Source: an uncultured Verrucomicrobiae bacterium (GTDB lineage Bacteria > Verrucomicrobiota > Verrucomicrobiia > Chthoniobacterales > Terrimicrobiaceae). From it: 64,000 bases of DNA. The stretch covers positions 36,931 to 100,930 of the forward strand of contig CAWGQS010000005.1 of assembly GCA_963824895.1 (NCBI GenBank). Direction: 5' to 3'. The notes under the pieces were generated by a model. The model was not told where the DNA came from, ran no database searches, and saw only the letters and a program-made list of their open reading frames with translations. Below are positions 19,668 through 29,515 of the stretch, piece by piece (position 1 is the stretch's first letter; the number at the start of each line of letters is the position of its first letter). A program made the position numbers and the translations under genes.

Positions 19668-20753
19668 ATGATCGCGCACCTCTACGTCCACATTCCATTC
19701 TGTCCGAAGGTGTGCCCGTATTGCAGCTTTTACAAGGAGTCCAGTGACCGTCACAAGACCGGTCGCTTCCTGGATGCGGTCTTGATCGAGGCAGAGAGCA
19801 ATGCCGCTCGAGTGAGGCCCAGGACAATATTCTTCGGCGGCGGCACCCCAACCGCACTTGGGACGTCACAATTGCGCTATTTGATCAATGGTCTTCGAGA
19901 GCGCATCGACATGTCGGATCTCGAGGAGTTCACGGTGGAAATGAATCCCGCGACGGTGTCTCTGGAGAAAGCGGCCGTGCTTCGCGAGCTTGGCGTTAAT
20001 CGGGTGAGCATGGGAGTGCAGAGCTGGGATGATCAATTGCTGGCCACGCTGGGACGTGTCCACTCCTCCCAACAGGCCAGGAGAAGCTACCAGATTCTTC
20101 GTGAGGCCGGATTCGACAATATCAACCTGGATTTGATGTTCGGTATTCCCGAACAAAATCGGAAACAGTGGCGAGCGACTTTAGAGGAAACCCTCGCCCT
20201 CGAGTCTGACCACGTTTCCGCTTATTGCTTAACCTACGAGGAGGATACTGAGTATTTCGTGCGCATGAGCCGTTCGGAATACGTTCCAGACAAGTCCCTC
20301 GACGCCGATCTTTTCGAGATGGCCATGGAGATGCTCGAAGGCTCCGGATTCGTCCAGTATGAGATTTCAAATTACTCGCGACCGGATCGAGAATGCCGAC
20401 ACAATCTTGCCTATTGGCTCGGTGAAGATTTTCTTGGGCTTGGCCCAAGCGCCTTTTCAACCGTGGGGAACGCTCGGTGGAAGAACGTCAGCGATACTCG
20501 AACGTACCTCGCTATGCTCCAGGAGGGCCAACAGCCTGCCGATTTTCGCGAGATGCTTTCCGATAGCATGCGGCGATCGGAATACATTGCCTTTTCTCTA
20601 CGCACAAACCGCGGAGTCGATTCGGAGCTCATTTCCGACATCCAGGCTGAAGAATTCGCCGCAATCGGTCTGCTGATCTTAAAAGACAAGCGCTGGTTGC
20701 TGACGCCCAGGGGACGGCTGGTCGCAGATTCTCTTGCTGAAGCTTTTATCTGA
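19668..20753 (+). CDS. hemW: Radical SAM heme chaperone HemW (HemN-like, oxygen-independent coproporphyrinogen oxidase family)
   Basis: MIAHLYVHIPFCPKVCPYCSFY contains CxxxCxxC, with GGGTPT downstream. I chose the start at ATG 19668. Confidence 0.85.
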   Translation: MIAHLYVHIPFCPKVCPYCSFYKESSDRHKTGRFLDAVLIEAESNAARVRPRTIFFGGGTPTALGTSQLRYLINGLRERIDMSDLEEFTVEMNPATVSLEKAAVLRELGVNRVSMGVQSWDDQLLATLGRVHSSQQARRSYQILREAGFDNINLDLMFGIPEQNRKQWRATLEETLALESDHVSAYCLTYEEDTEYFVRMSRSEYVPDKSLDADLFEMAMEMLEGSGFVQYEISNYSRPDRECRHNLAYWLGEDFLGLGPSAFSTVGNARWKNVSDTRTYLAMLQEGQQPADFREMLSDSMRRSEYIAFSLRTNRGVDSELISDIQAEEFAAIGLLILKDKRWLLTPRGRLVADSLAEAFI

Positions 20754-20761
20754 GATTTGCT

Positions 20762-21199
20762 GTGACGGAACAATCCCACGGTGGCATGCCTCTATTTGCT
20801 TACGGTTCGCTGATGTTCGCGCCGGTGATTGAATTCGTTATTGGGCGTGTTCCCGAGTGCTGTCCCGCAATAATCGAAGGCTATCGCCGGCTTGAGGTCG
20901 TTGGAGAGGTGTTCCCTGGTATCATTAAGGAGAGCGGCGGCGACAAAGTAGAAGGAGTCCTCTATGCAAACATCTGCCAGGCGGAGTGGCAGCGCCTGAG
21001 CGCGTTTGAGGATGATTTTTACGAGATTGAACAGGTGTCCGTCTTCTGCGCTGGAGGAGAGAGGCCAGCGCTTGCCTACGTCGTGCCTCGTTCACGCAAA
21101 TTCCTTCTCTCCGAAAAAGTCTGGAATGCTGAGTTCTTTCGCGAACATTATCTTCGACGATTTTCGGTGACGACGGCACCCTACGCCGGCTCAGATTAG
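20762..21199 (+). CDS. Gamma-glutamylcyclotransferase-like (AIG2/GGACT family) protein
   Basis: PLFAYGSLM N-terminal motif and VEGVLY...FEDDFYE pattern. The start is either GTG 20762 or ATG 20786. Confidence 0.6.
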   Translation: MTEQSHGGMPLFAYGSLMFAPVIEFVIGRVPECCPAIIEGYRRLEVVGEVFPGIIKESGGDKVEGVLYANICQAEWQRLSAFEDDFYEIEQVSVFCAGGERPALAYVVPRSRKFLLSEKVWNAEFFREHYLRRFSVTTAPYAGSD

Positions 21200-21215
21200 G
21201 AAATCGCCGATCGCT

Positions 21216-21992
21216 TCAACGAAAATCGAGCTTGGCGGGGGAGGTTTCGGGAAGGATGCCGTGACGCTTCGCGAGTCTCTCAAAGTGTCGGATTCCCTCC
21301 TTCTCGTTGGAGCCGATGTCGTAGCGGATATGCTTCGTAAGGTAGTCGTAGGCGAACTCCGGATTGGCTTCGCGCGACGCGATCTCTCTTCGCGCCGCGA
21401 GGCCTGCTGCTTTGACGGCGCGAAGTGCGTCGAACACAGAGGGACTGGCATGGTTCGCGACGGCCCAGACGGCAAAAACAAACGGAAGTCCCGTATGAAC
21501 TTTCCAGAGAAAACCGAGATCATGGTAGCGCCAAGTTGATCCCTTGGATCGACGGAATTCGATCGCGGAATCCCCGATCAGCAATCGTGCTCCCTCGTCG
21601 GGAATCTCCTCACCTTCCACGATCTCCGGCCCGCCAGGATAAAACTCGGCGAGCAGAACCCGCAGGAGAGCTGTCGAGCTGCGGGAAGCGGGATCGAGAT
21701 GAATTTTTCGAGTCTGTAAAAGGCTTGCGCGGCTGGCGACCACGACGCTGTAGACTTCCCCGTCGCAGGCAATTCCCACGTCATCGACAATCGATGAAGT
21801 GCCCGCTCGAAGGACATCAACCACCGGCAGGAGAGCGGCGTCCAGCTTTGACGCGAAGAACTGCTCCGATAAGGCTGCCGGGACATCCGTCCGAAGGAGA
21901 GTCGTCGGCAGTCCCCAGATGAGCGGTTTGGCATTGAGATAGGAGACCGGACCGATTCGCAGACCGGAGAGCGCGGAGGCAAATGAACTCAC
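21216..21992 (-). CDS. mqnA: Chorismate dehydratase MqnA (futalosine pathway)
   Basis: 258 aa with LRIGPVSYLNAKPLIWGL and an overall periplasmic-binding-like fold pattern. It has a 4-nt overlap with the upstream radical SAM gene. Confidence 0.85.
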   Translation of the reverse strand: MSSFASALSGLRIGPVSYLNAKPLIWGLPTTLLRTDVPAALSEQFFASKLDAALLPVVDVLRAGTSSIVDDVGIACDGEVYSVVVASRASLLQTRKIHLDPASRSSTALLRVLLAEFYPGGPEIVEGEEIPDEGARLLIGDSAIEFRRSKGSTWRYHDLGFLWKVHTGLPFVFAVWAVANHASPSVFDALRAVKAAGLAARREIASREANPEFAYDYLTKHIRYDIGSNEKEGIRHFERLAKRHGILPETSPAKLDFR

Positions 21993-23122
21993 GCCGCCGC
22001 CAGACGCGGTGCGCGCGGGATCGTATTGGATATCCGCTCGTAGAAGCTGTTCCTTTGCATCGGGATTCGGCCCGCCTCACGGATGGCTTTCTCGAGGGCC
22101 GCTACCGTCTGTTGCTGCGGCGTTCGCGCTCCGGCCATGTGGAAGATCTTCTCTTCGATGATGGTGCCATGAAGATCATCCACCCCGTAGCTGAGGGAAA
22201 GTTGCGCGAGTGGAAGACCAAGACTGATCCAATAGGCAGTTATGTGAGGAATGTTATCGAGGAATATTCGGCTGATCGCCAGGTTTCGGAGTTCCTCGAA
22301 TGCCGTTGCGTGGGGGATTCCATGGAGGACCGGCCGGGCACCTTCGGGCTCGAAGGCGAAAGGAATAAAGCCGGTAAAGCCGCCGGTCTCGTCCTGAAGT
22401 TCCCGTAGACGTTTGAGATGATCAATGCGGTGATGGGCGCTCTCAATATGGCCGTAGAGCATCGTGCAGGTGCTGTGACCGCCCATCTGATGCCAGGTGC
22501 GGTGGACGTCGATCCATTCCTGGGCGCTTTCTTTGCCCCGGCAGATCTTGTCCCGAATTTCGGGGTCAAAAATCTCGGCGCCGCCGCCAGTAATAGCGCC
22601 CAGTCCATTCTCCCGAAGGAGTTCCAGCGTTTCACGGATGGGAAGTTTGAAGACACGTTCGGCGAGGTGCCTGATCTCGATGGCGGTGAATGCCTTAATG
22701 ATTAATTGCCCATCCAGCCCACGAAGGTTGCGTAGTAACTCAAGATACCAATCTCCTTTCAGGCTCGGGTGAAGACCGCCGACCATGTGAATCTCGGTGA
22801 TACCAAGACCGAGCGCGTCACGAACTGTTTCAACGATCTCCGGAATTGCCAATTCGAACGCATGCGCTTCGCGCTTCTTGGCACCGAAAGCGCAGAATTG
22901 GCACGAGAGCAGGCAGACATTGGAATAGTTGATGTATCGATTGTGGATATAGGTCGCGACGTTTCCATTCCTTCGTTCCCGCACGATGTTCGCGATCGCG
23001 CCGATGCCATTGATATCGGAGCTGTGGTAAAGGACATTCGCGTCCTCCTCTGAGATGCGAAGCCTGTTCTCGACCTTGTGCAGGAGCGGCTGCAAGTCTT
23101 TCGAGATCAAACGCGGATTCAT
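21989..23122 (-). CDS. Radical SAM menaquinone biosynthesis enzyme, MqnC/MqnE (CofH-like) family
   Basis: 377 aa with NYSNVCLLSCQFCAF (Cx3Cx2C). It is translationally coupled to mqnA. I cannot separate MqnC from MqnE by eye. Confidence 0.8.
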   Translation of the reverse strand: MNPRLISKDLQPLLHKVENRLRISEEDANVLYHSSDINGIGAIANIVRERRNGNVATYIHNRYINYSNVCLLSCQFCAFGAKKREAHAFELAIPEIVETVRDALGLGITEIHMVGGLHPSLKGDWYLELLRNLRGLDGQLIIKAFTAIEIRHLAERVFKLPIRETLELLRENGLGAITGGGAEIFDPEIRDKICRGKESAQEWIDVHRTWHQMGGHSTCTMLYGHIESAHHRIDHLKRLRELQDETGGFTGFIPFAFEPEGARPVLHGIPHATAFEELRNLAISRIFLDNIPHITAYWISLGLPLAQLSLSYGVDDLHGTIIEEKIFHMAGARTPQQQTVAALEKAIREAGRIPMQRNSFYERISNTIPRAPRLAAA

Positions 23123-23277
23123 AGTGGATCTGCCGTGAGATATTTCACAGACTCACGCTCGCACGGCAACTTCTTATTGCAATCAATGGCTGCGAAGCCG
23201 AGTGCCACTGCGCAAATGAGAGATGTGTTCGGGCGATCGCTTGCGGCGAGCTGCGCTCTCCACTAAATTGGTCGGTT

Positions 23278-25458
23278 ATGTCCTTCGAACTGGCTTCAAG
23301 CTACGAGCCACGTGGTGATCAGGAACAAGCCATCGGGAAATTGACCCGTTCTCTGGTGGCGGGAAACCGCCACCAAACTCTGCTGGGCGTAACTGGCTCG
23401 GGTAAGACGTTCACCATTGCAAACGTCATCAAGGAACTCGATCGGCCAACTCTCGTGATGTCTCATAACAAGACGCTGGCGGCGCAACTCTACAGCGAGT
23501 TCAAGCAGTTCTTCCCGCACAACGCGGTGGAATATTTCGTCAGCTATTTTGATTACTACCAACCGGAAGCCTATATCCCGCGCACAGATACCTACATTGA
23601 AAAGGATTCTTCGATCAACGAAGAGATTGAACGGCTCCGGCTCTCGGCCGTTAGCTCGTTGCTTTCTCGGCGCGATACCATCGTCGTAGCAAGCGTATCC
23701 TGCATTTATGGCCTGGCGTCGCCTGAGGATTTCCTGCAAATGCTGGTTACCATCAAGCAAGGGCAGACAATGACGCGCGAAGCATTCCTCGCGAAGCTTG
23801 TCGATATGCTTTATGAGCGCAATGATGTCGCATTCAGTCGCGGGAAGTTTCGCGTTCGCGGCGACGTCGTCGAGGTGCATCAGGCGCAGGTGGATGATGA
23901 AGCGATTCGTGTGGAATTTTTCGGTGATGAGATCGAGCGCATCAGCCAGTTCGATCCGCTGACCGGGCGCGCGTCATCGACCCTCACGACGCTAACAATT
24001 TACCCCGCCAAGCAGTTCGTGACCCCCTACGACAAGCTCCAGCGGGCGATGCGGGCCATTCGTCAGGAACTGGACGATCGCATTACCCTTTTGGAGCGCG
24101 AGAACAAGCTTGTCGAGGCGCAGCGACTCAAGCAGCGCACTGAGTTTGACCTGGAGATGATGCAGGAAATGGGATTCTGCAATGGCATCGAGAACTACTC
24201 GCGCCACCTCAGTGGACGCCCTCCTGGCTCACGCCCCTACACTCTCATGGATTTCATGCCCGAAGATTTCCTTCTGGTGATCGACGAGTCCCATGCCACC
24301 GTTCCACAGATCGGCGGAATGTTTGCCGGAGATCGCTCGCGCAAAACGGTGCTTGTCAACTATGGCTTCAGGCTTCCGAGCGCGCTCGACAATCGCCCCC
24401 TGAACTTCGAAGAGTTCATGGCGATGACGCGCCAAGTCATCTACGTAAGCGCGACCCCCGGCGAATTCGAGTTCCGCAACAGTATCGTCGGCAACACCAG
24501 CTTCATCGCCAATCCCGGCGAACAGTTTCGCGAGCGAGGTTTGGTCAGCGTGCCTCACGATCCAGGCAGACATCAAAGGTCGGGGACTTCGCGTGAATTC
24601 GACCCCATCAGCCCGGGCGCTCCCCTAGTAGTTGAGCAGATCATCCGTCCGACCGGCCTGCTCGATCCAAAAATCACGGTTCGTGGTCTCAAGAATCAGA
24701 TCGACGAGACTATCGAATTTTGCCGGCAGCGGATCGAGAAAGGCGAGCGGGTGCTTGTCACCACACTGACGAAACGCACTGCCGAAGATCTTGCGGACTA
24801 CCTGCGCGACGTCGGCCTCAAAGTCCGCTACCTCCACAGTGATATCGACACGATTGAGCGGGTTGAAATTCTTCGCGGCCTGCGTTCGGGAGAGTGCGAC
24901 GTGTTGGTCGGCATTAATCTGCTTCGAGAAGGTTTGGATCTTCCAGAGGTTAGCCTGGTGTGTATTCTCGACGCCGACAAGGAGGGATACCTGCGCTCCC
25001 AGACCTCACTGATCCAAACGGCGGGCCGAGCTGCGCGCCACGTCAACGGCGAGGTCGTTCTTTTTGCCGACCAGGTAACCGGGAGCATGCAAAGGCTGCT
25101 CGACGTCAGCGAATACCGGCGTGTCCGTCAACTTGCGTATAACGAAGAACACGGCATCACTCCAAAAAGTGTGCGACGCGCAGTCCAGGAAAGTCTGCAC
25201 GTTATCTTGAAGGCCCGCGATGTGGAGCAAGGAATTGTGAATGAGTCGCCGGCGGACTTCGATCTGAATGAACTTATCCGCGAACTGGAGCGCGACATGG
25301 CTTCTGCTGCCGCCGGACTCGAATATGAACGTGCCGCTTTGTTGCGCGATCAGATTGCCGAGCTCAAGAGTGGGTCAGGAATTGCCAAGGTGGAACCAAG
25401 AAGGGTTTCCACAAAATACCCCAGCGGAAGGAGAGGGCGCAAACGATCGGTTGTCTGA
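23278..25458 (+). CDS. uvrB: Excinuclease ABC subunit B
   Basis: 726 aa with GVTGSGKTF (Walker A), [21 protein letters not shown] and a C-terminal UVR motif ([15 protein letters not shown]). Confidence 0.95.
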   Translation: MSFELASSYEPRGDQEQAIGKLTRSLVAGNRHQTLLGVTGSGKTFTIANVIKELDRPTLVMSHNKTLAAQLYSEFKQFFPHNAVEYFVSYFDYYQPEAYIPRTDTYIEKDSSINEEIERLRLSAVSSLLSRRDTIVVASVSCIYGLASPEDFLQMLVTIKQGQTMTREAFLAKLVDMLYERNDVAFSRGKFRVRGDVVEVHQAQVDDEAIRVEFFGDEIERISQFDPLTGRASSTLTTLTIYPAKQFVTPYDKLQRAMRAIRQELDDRITLLERENKLVEAQRLKQRTEFDLEMMQEMGFCNGIENYSRHLSGRPPGSRPYTLMDFMPEDFLLVIDESHATVPQIGGMFAGDRSRKTVLVNYGFRLPSALDNRPLNFEEFMAMTRQVIYVSATPGEFEFRNSIVGNTSFIANPGEQFRERGLVSVPHDPGRHQRSGTSREFDPISPGAPLVVEQIIRPTGLLDPKITVRGLKNQIDETIEFCRQRIEKGERVLVTTLTKRTAEDLADYLRDVGLKVRYLHSDIDTIERVEILRGLRSGECDVLVGINLLREGLDLPEVSLVCILDADKEGYLRSQTSLIQTAGRAARHVNGEVVLFADQVTGSMQRLLDVSEYRRVRQLAYNEEHGITPKSVRRAVQESLHVILKARDVEQGIVNESPADFDLNELIRELERDMASAAAGLEYERAALLRDQIAELKSGSGIAKVEPRRVSTKYPSGRRGRKRSVV

Positions 25459-26585
25459 TGGTTACGGCAAAGACGAGAATTTCTGAGAGACATTTCGTTA
25501 CCGGCTCTGATGAGGCTGCCGTAAGGAAAGCCGCGGCGGAGCTCGCGAAAGAGCTCGCGCCGGGTGCAGACGTGTTCGGTCTCGAGGTGATCGACGGCGC
25601 GACAGACAGTGTCGAGGCAGCCACAACCGCTCTTCACGAAGCGACTCAAGCTCTACTCACGCTGCCGTTCCTGGGCGGCTCAAAATTGGTCTGGCTGAAG
25701 AATGTTTCGTTCCTGGCTGATGCCGGCGCGGGGCGCTCTGAGAGTGTTAGCGGAGCGCTTGAAAAGCTCTGCGAGGTTCTAAAATCCGGGCTTCCCGACG
25801 GCGTCAGTTTTCTTCTGAGCGCACCATCGGCCGACAAACGCAGGGCTCACTTCAAGCTGTTGGCGAAGCTCGCGACGACGGTGGTGCATGATCTTCCAGA
25901 TCTTGGATTTCGCGGCGACGAGGAGGCGATCGCGGAATGGACCGCTTTGCGCACCCGCGAACGGGGCCTGCAGCTGCACCCTGACGCCGTTGATGTGTTG
26001 GCCGCTCGGGTCGGCTTGAATCCGCTCCAACTCGAGAGTGAACTCATGAAGCTTGAAACGGCGTTCGGAACTGGCAACCATATCAGCTCGGAAGACGTGC
26101 GGCTTCTGGTGCCGCAGACGCGAGAAGGGGGCATCTTCGACCTGAGCGACGCCGTTTTGAAAAGGGACCTTCCATTGGCGCTGGAAACTCTCCGGCAACT
26201 AATTCATCAAGGCGAACGTGGCATAGGCATCCTCCTCGCCGCCATTGTGCCGACGGTTCGCAATCTCCTCCTGGCCAAAGATCTGATCCTGATCCACCAC
26301 TTGTCTCCCCCTTCACAGCCGCAGTTCTTTGCGGGAACGCTCAGGCGCCTTCCGCCCATGGAGACTTCGCACCTGCCCCGAAAGAAAGACGGCACCATCA
26401 GTGCATATCTGCTGGGAATCGCGGCAGCCAATGCCTCCCACTACACTCTTGACGAGCTAAAAAGGGGATTCGCATTCTGCGCCGCGGCAAACCAGCAACT
26501 CTTGAGCGGATCGCTGACCGATGCAGTGATCTTGGGACGCTTGCTGATCGATCTATTGTCAAGAAAAGATCGACAAACCGGTTGA
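25458..26585 (+). CDS. holA: DNA polymerase III delta subunit
   Basis: 375 aa with a delta-like middle region (LQLHPDAVDVLAARVGLNPLQLESELMKL). It has a 1-nt overlap with the uvrB stop (TGATG). Confidence 0.7.
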   Translation: MVTAKTRISERHFVTGSDEAAVRKAAAELAKELAPGADVFGLEVIDGATDSVEAATTALHEATQALLTLPFLGGSKLVWLKNVSFLADAGAGRSESVSGALEKLCEVLKSGLPDGVSFLLSAPSADKRRAHFKLLAKLATTVVHDLPDLGFRGDEEAIAEWTALRTRERGLQLHPDAVDVLAARVGLNPLQLESELMKLETAFGTGNHISSEDVRLLVPQTREGGIFDLSDAVLKRDLPLALETLRQLIHQGERGIGILLAAIVPTVRNLLLAKDLILIHHLSPPSQPQFFAGTLRRLPPMETSHLPRKKDGTISAYLLGIAAANASHYTLDELKRGFAFCAAANQQLLSGSLTDAVILGRLLIDLLSRKDRQTG

Positions 26586-26634
26586 CATCTCAAGATATTG
26601 TGGTGAATTCGCACAAAATAGTTAAGGCACCACA

Positions 26635-27129
26635 ATGCGTTGCCCTAAGTGCGGTTCCCTTCAAGATAAGGTGATTGACTCCCGTCTTTCCAGAGACGGT
26701 GACAGTATTCGTCGGCGCCGGGAGTGCCTCGCGTGCGAGACTCGTTACACCACCTATGAAGAGATCGAGCGGGTAGAGTTGCGCGCGATTAAGCGCGATG
26801 GACGTCACGAGCCCTTCGACAGGCACAAACTTCTTACAAGTCTTGTCAAGGCCTGTGAGAAGCGGCCCATTGGGATGGAACAAATCGAGCGAGCCGTCGA
26901 GGAACTCTTGCACGAGTTGGAGTCGCAACAAAAGCGCGAAATTCCCACGCGCGTGGTCGGAGCGATGGTCATGGAGAAATTGCACGCCATCGATCCAATA
27001 GCCTATGTCCGCTACGCCTCGGTCTACAGGCAATTTCAGGAAATTGGAGATTTCATCGAGGAAATTCAGACCTACCAGGAGAAACGGTCATCACGCTCTT
27101 CTGCACAGCCCGAACTCTTCCAGGCATGA
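26635..27129 (+). CDS. nrdR: Transcriptional repressor NrdR
   Basis: MRCPKCGSLQDKVIDSR...RRRRECLACETRYTTYE is the zinc ribbon, followed by an ATP-cone. Confidence 0.95.
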   Translation: MRCPKCGSLQDKVIDSRLSRDGDSIRRRRECLACETRYTTYEEIERVELRAIKRDGRHEPFDRHKLLTSLVKACEKRPIGMEQIERAVEELLHELESQQKREIPTRVVGAMVMEKLHAIDPIAYVRYASVYRQFQEIGDFIEEIQTYQEKRSSRSSAQPELFQA

Positions 27130-27683
27130 TCAGCCTTCCCAGTAATTTGCCGCTGGTCCGATTTAGCGATGGCCAGGTAATGCCATTCGAGCGGGGCTGG
27201 CTTGCCGGGACGCTCGCTCGCGCGGCGGAGCGTGCCGGCTATAAGAAATGGTGGCTGGCCCCTCATGTCACCGAAAGCGTCACGAACTATCTCGAACAGG
27301 ATTTCGCCGAAAGTGTCGTGGCGATTGGGCGCCTCGAAAAGGCGGTGCAGTCGGTCCTTCAAGTCATCGGCTATGCCGACGTGGCCGGACACTTTTGCGC
27401 TGTTCCGCCGCCCACGCGTATTTCGTTGGTTGAGGTTGCACGTGCCGCGGGGTACGGGTATGAACTCGCGTTTTTTGATCTCCTCCGTTCCCGCCTTCGC
27501 GAAGCTCTCGACGCCAAGGTCGAGCGCTTGGAAATTTGTGATGCGCATTCCGGAATTAAGCTGCTTAGGTCCGCGAAGAACTGGCGACGCGATTGTTCCG
27601 GCCTTCTTGAAGAGATCGTTAACTTTGTGCGCAATGAGGTCGATTCTTCTCCGGGCGCGGAGTTGCAAATGCAATTATCATGA
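27126..27683 (+). CDS. Hypothetical protein, translationally coupled between nrdR and the HIT gene
   Basis: 185 aa with ATGA overlaps at both ends (27126-27129 and 27680-27683). I recognise no family. Confidence 0.5.
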   Translation: MISLPSNLPLVRFSDGQVMPFERGWLAGTLARAAERAGYKKWWLAPHVTESVTNYLEQDFAESVVAIGRLEKAVQSVLQVIGYADVAGHFCAVPPPTRISLVEVARAAGYGYELAFFDLLRSRLREALDAKVERLEICDAHSGIKLLRSAKNWRRDCSGLLEEIVNFVRNEVDSSPGAELQMQLS

Positions 27684-28018
27684 CGCTGTTTGAACGAATT
27701 ATTAGTCGTGAGGTTCCCGCTCAGATCATTCACGAAGACAGCCAGTGCGTGGCAATTCGAGATATTAACCCACAGGCTCCGATTCACGTTCTTGTCATTC
27801 CGAAAAAGCTTATTCCGCGTCTCGGTGAGGCGACGGAGTCCGATGAGGCTTTATTGGGCCATTTGCTGCTGATTGCAGCAGAGGTCGCCAAGCGGGAGGG
27901 TATTGCGGAAAATGGCTATCGTGTCGTCGTGAACCAAGGCCGGCATGCCGGCGAAAGCGTGCCACATCTTCACGTGCATGTTCTCGGCGGACGTCAAATG
28001 AAATGGCCGCCGGGATAA
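27680..28018 (+). CDS. Histidine triad (HIT/HinT) nucleotide-binding protein
   Basis: 112 aa with the HLHVHVLGG histidine triad. Confidence 0.9.
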   Translation: MTLFERIISREVPAQIIHEDSQCVAIRDINPQAPIHVLVIPKKLIPRLGEATESDEALLGHLLLIAAEVAKREGIAENGYRVVVNQGRHAGESVPHLHVHVLGGRQMKWPPG

Positions 28019-28186
28019 CTGTCGGCTCTCCGAATCAGTGCTGGGGCTCAATCTACTGGTCCGGCAGACAAGGAGAACGCGTCGGCACACTGTCGCAGAT
28101 TTTATCGCTACAGTTTCCGGAAATCCCTCCGAGCAGTCGCTGGCCTTCAGTTCTTTGCTTCGAGAAGCCACGGGCGATCGGATCGC

Positions 28187-29442
28187 CTAGCGGTCACACT
28201 CACCCATGACAAAATCAATCGAGCCCAAGATTGTTACGACATCGCTGATCATGTGACCAGGTAAGATCTTTGGGAGAATACTAATGTTAACGAAACTCGG
28301 AGACCGAATCTTCAAGCGGTACGGAACCCCGCCGCCTTTACTGCAGATGTAGAAACCTAGCTCTCCCTTCGGGTTTTCGGCTCCGAAATAGACCTCTCCA
28401 ACAGGCGCATCGATTCCCTCGGTCACTAAAATAAAATGGTGAATTAGTTCCTCCATCTTGGTGAGCACGTCGACCTTCGGAGGGAACGTCTGTTTGGGGT
28501 CTTCATGAGTTGATCTCTCCCGGACGGAAGCTTCTCGATGACCTGCTCCAGAATCCGCACGCTCTGTCGCATCTCCTCCATGCGGACAAGATAGCGGTCG
28601 AACGAGTCTCCGACGCTGCCGATCGGGATCTCAAAGTCGTAGTTCTGGTAATCCAGATAGGGGTTCTTGCGGCGGACGTCATGCTCGACGCCCGTGGCTC
28701 GCAAGTTCGGACCTGAGAGCGCGTAGGCAATTGCGTCCGCCTTCGAGATGACGCCTACGTTTTTGCAGCGATCGATGAAAATGCGATTACGTGTGAGAAG
28801 TTTGTCCAACTCTTCGATGGCGGGTCTGGCCCCCGCAAGGAACTCGCGCAGCTGGGGAATAAAGGACTCCGGAAGATCTCGGATTTGTCCGCCGATGCGC
28901 GTGTAGCTGGTCGTAAAGCGGGCGCCGCTCAGCAATTCGACGAGATTGTAGATTTTTTCTCGCTCCAGAAACGTGTAGAGGAAAACGGTCACCGCGCCGA
29001 TATCCATGGCCATTGCCCCGATGCCCAGCATATGCGCCGAGATCCGAGCCAGCTCACAACAGATGACCCGGATCGCCTTTCCTCGCGGGGGCAGCTCCCA
29101 ACCCATCAGTTTCTCGACTGCTAACGCGTAGGCGACGTTGTTCGCGATTGGTGCAAGGTAATCGAGCCGGTCGGTGTAGGGAACGAACTGGTTATATTGC
29201 ATGTTTTCGGCAATCTTTTCATCTCCGCGGTGAAGATAGCCGATATCCGGTGTCGCCTTGGTGATTACCTCCCCATCCAATTCCAGGACAATGCGCAGCA
29301 CGCCGTGGGTGGAAGGATGCGAAGGCCCCATATTCAGCGTGAGCTGCTCTCCCAGTAATTCTCCCGCTTCCTGTGCTTTACGCGCTTGCCCAAGGCTCCG
29401 CGTCAAGCTATCAGGATGTTCGATTGTTGTTGCCATGTTCAA
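28187..29442 (-). pseudogene. nuoD: NADH-quinone oxidoreductase subunit D, interrupted by a single-nucleotide frameshift
   Basis: ORF 28444..29442 carries NMGPSHPSTHGVLR and reads up to VIEKLPSG. ORF 28187..28468 carries TKMEELIHHF through to DFVMGECDR. The C-terminal frame extends upstream as STHEDPKQTFPPKVDVL, so one missing nt near the C-run at 28519-28521 would restore a roughly 405-aa NuoD. Confidence 0.8.
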
Positions 29443-29515
29443 ATTTTGCTGCGCTTTTTTATTCAGTTTGGACGCCTCCTGCGCCTAACGATTTTTTCCC
29501 AAACGATCACAAACC

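Noticed and set aside
24472-24624. The UvrB insertion as a mini-intein
   Set aside because: It is far too short (about 45-50 aa) and lacks the Cys/Ser start and His-Asn end junctions of inteins.
26588-26634. NrdR-box-like sequences (TCTCAAGATATTGTGG and GCACAAAATAGTTAAG) and an 8-bp inverted repeat (TTGTGGTG/CACCACAA) just upstream of the nrdR ATG
   Set aside because: Only the first element resembles the remembered 16-bp NrdR palindrome, at about 12 of 16 positions. The second is poor, and the centre-to-centre spacing is about 23 bp rather than about three helical turns. This may be chance. It is worth a motif scan but not supportable by eye.
28157-28187. Palindromes GCTTCGAGAAGC and GGCGATCGGATCGCC at the nuoD 3' end, considered as a terminator
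   Set aside because: The loops would be only 1-2 nt and there is no U-tract. They are more likely chance palindromes or restriction-type sites.
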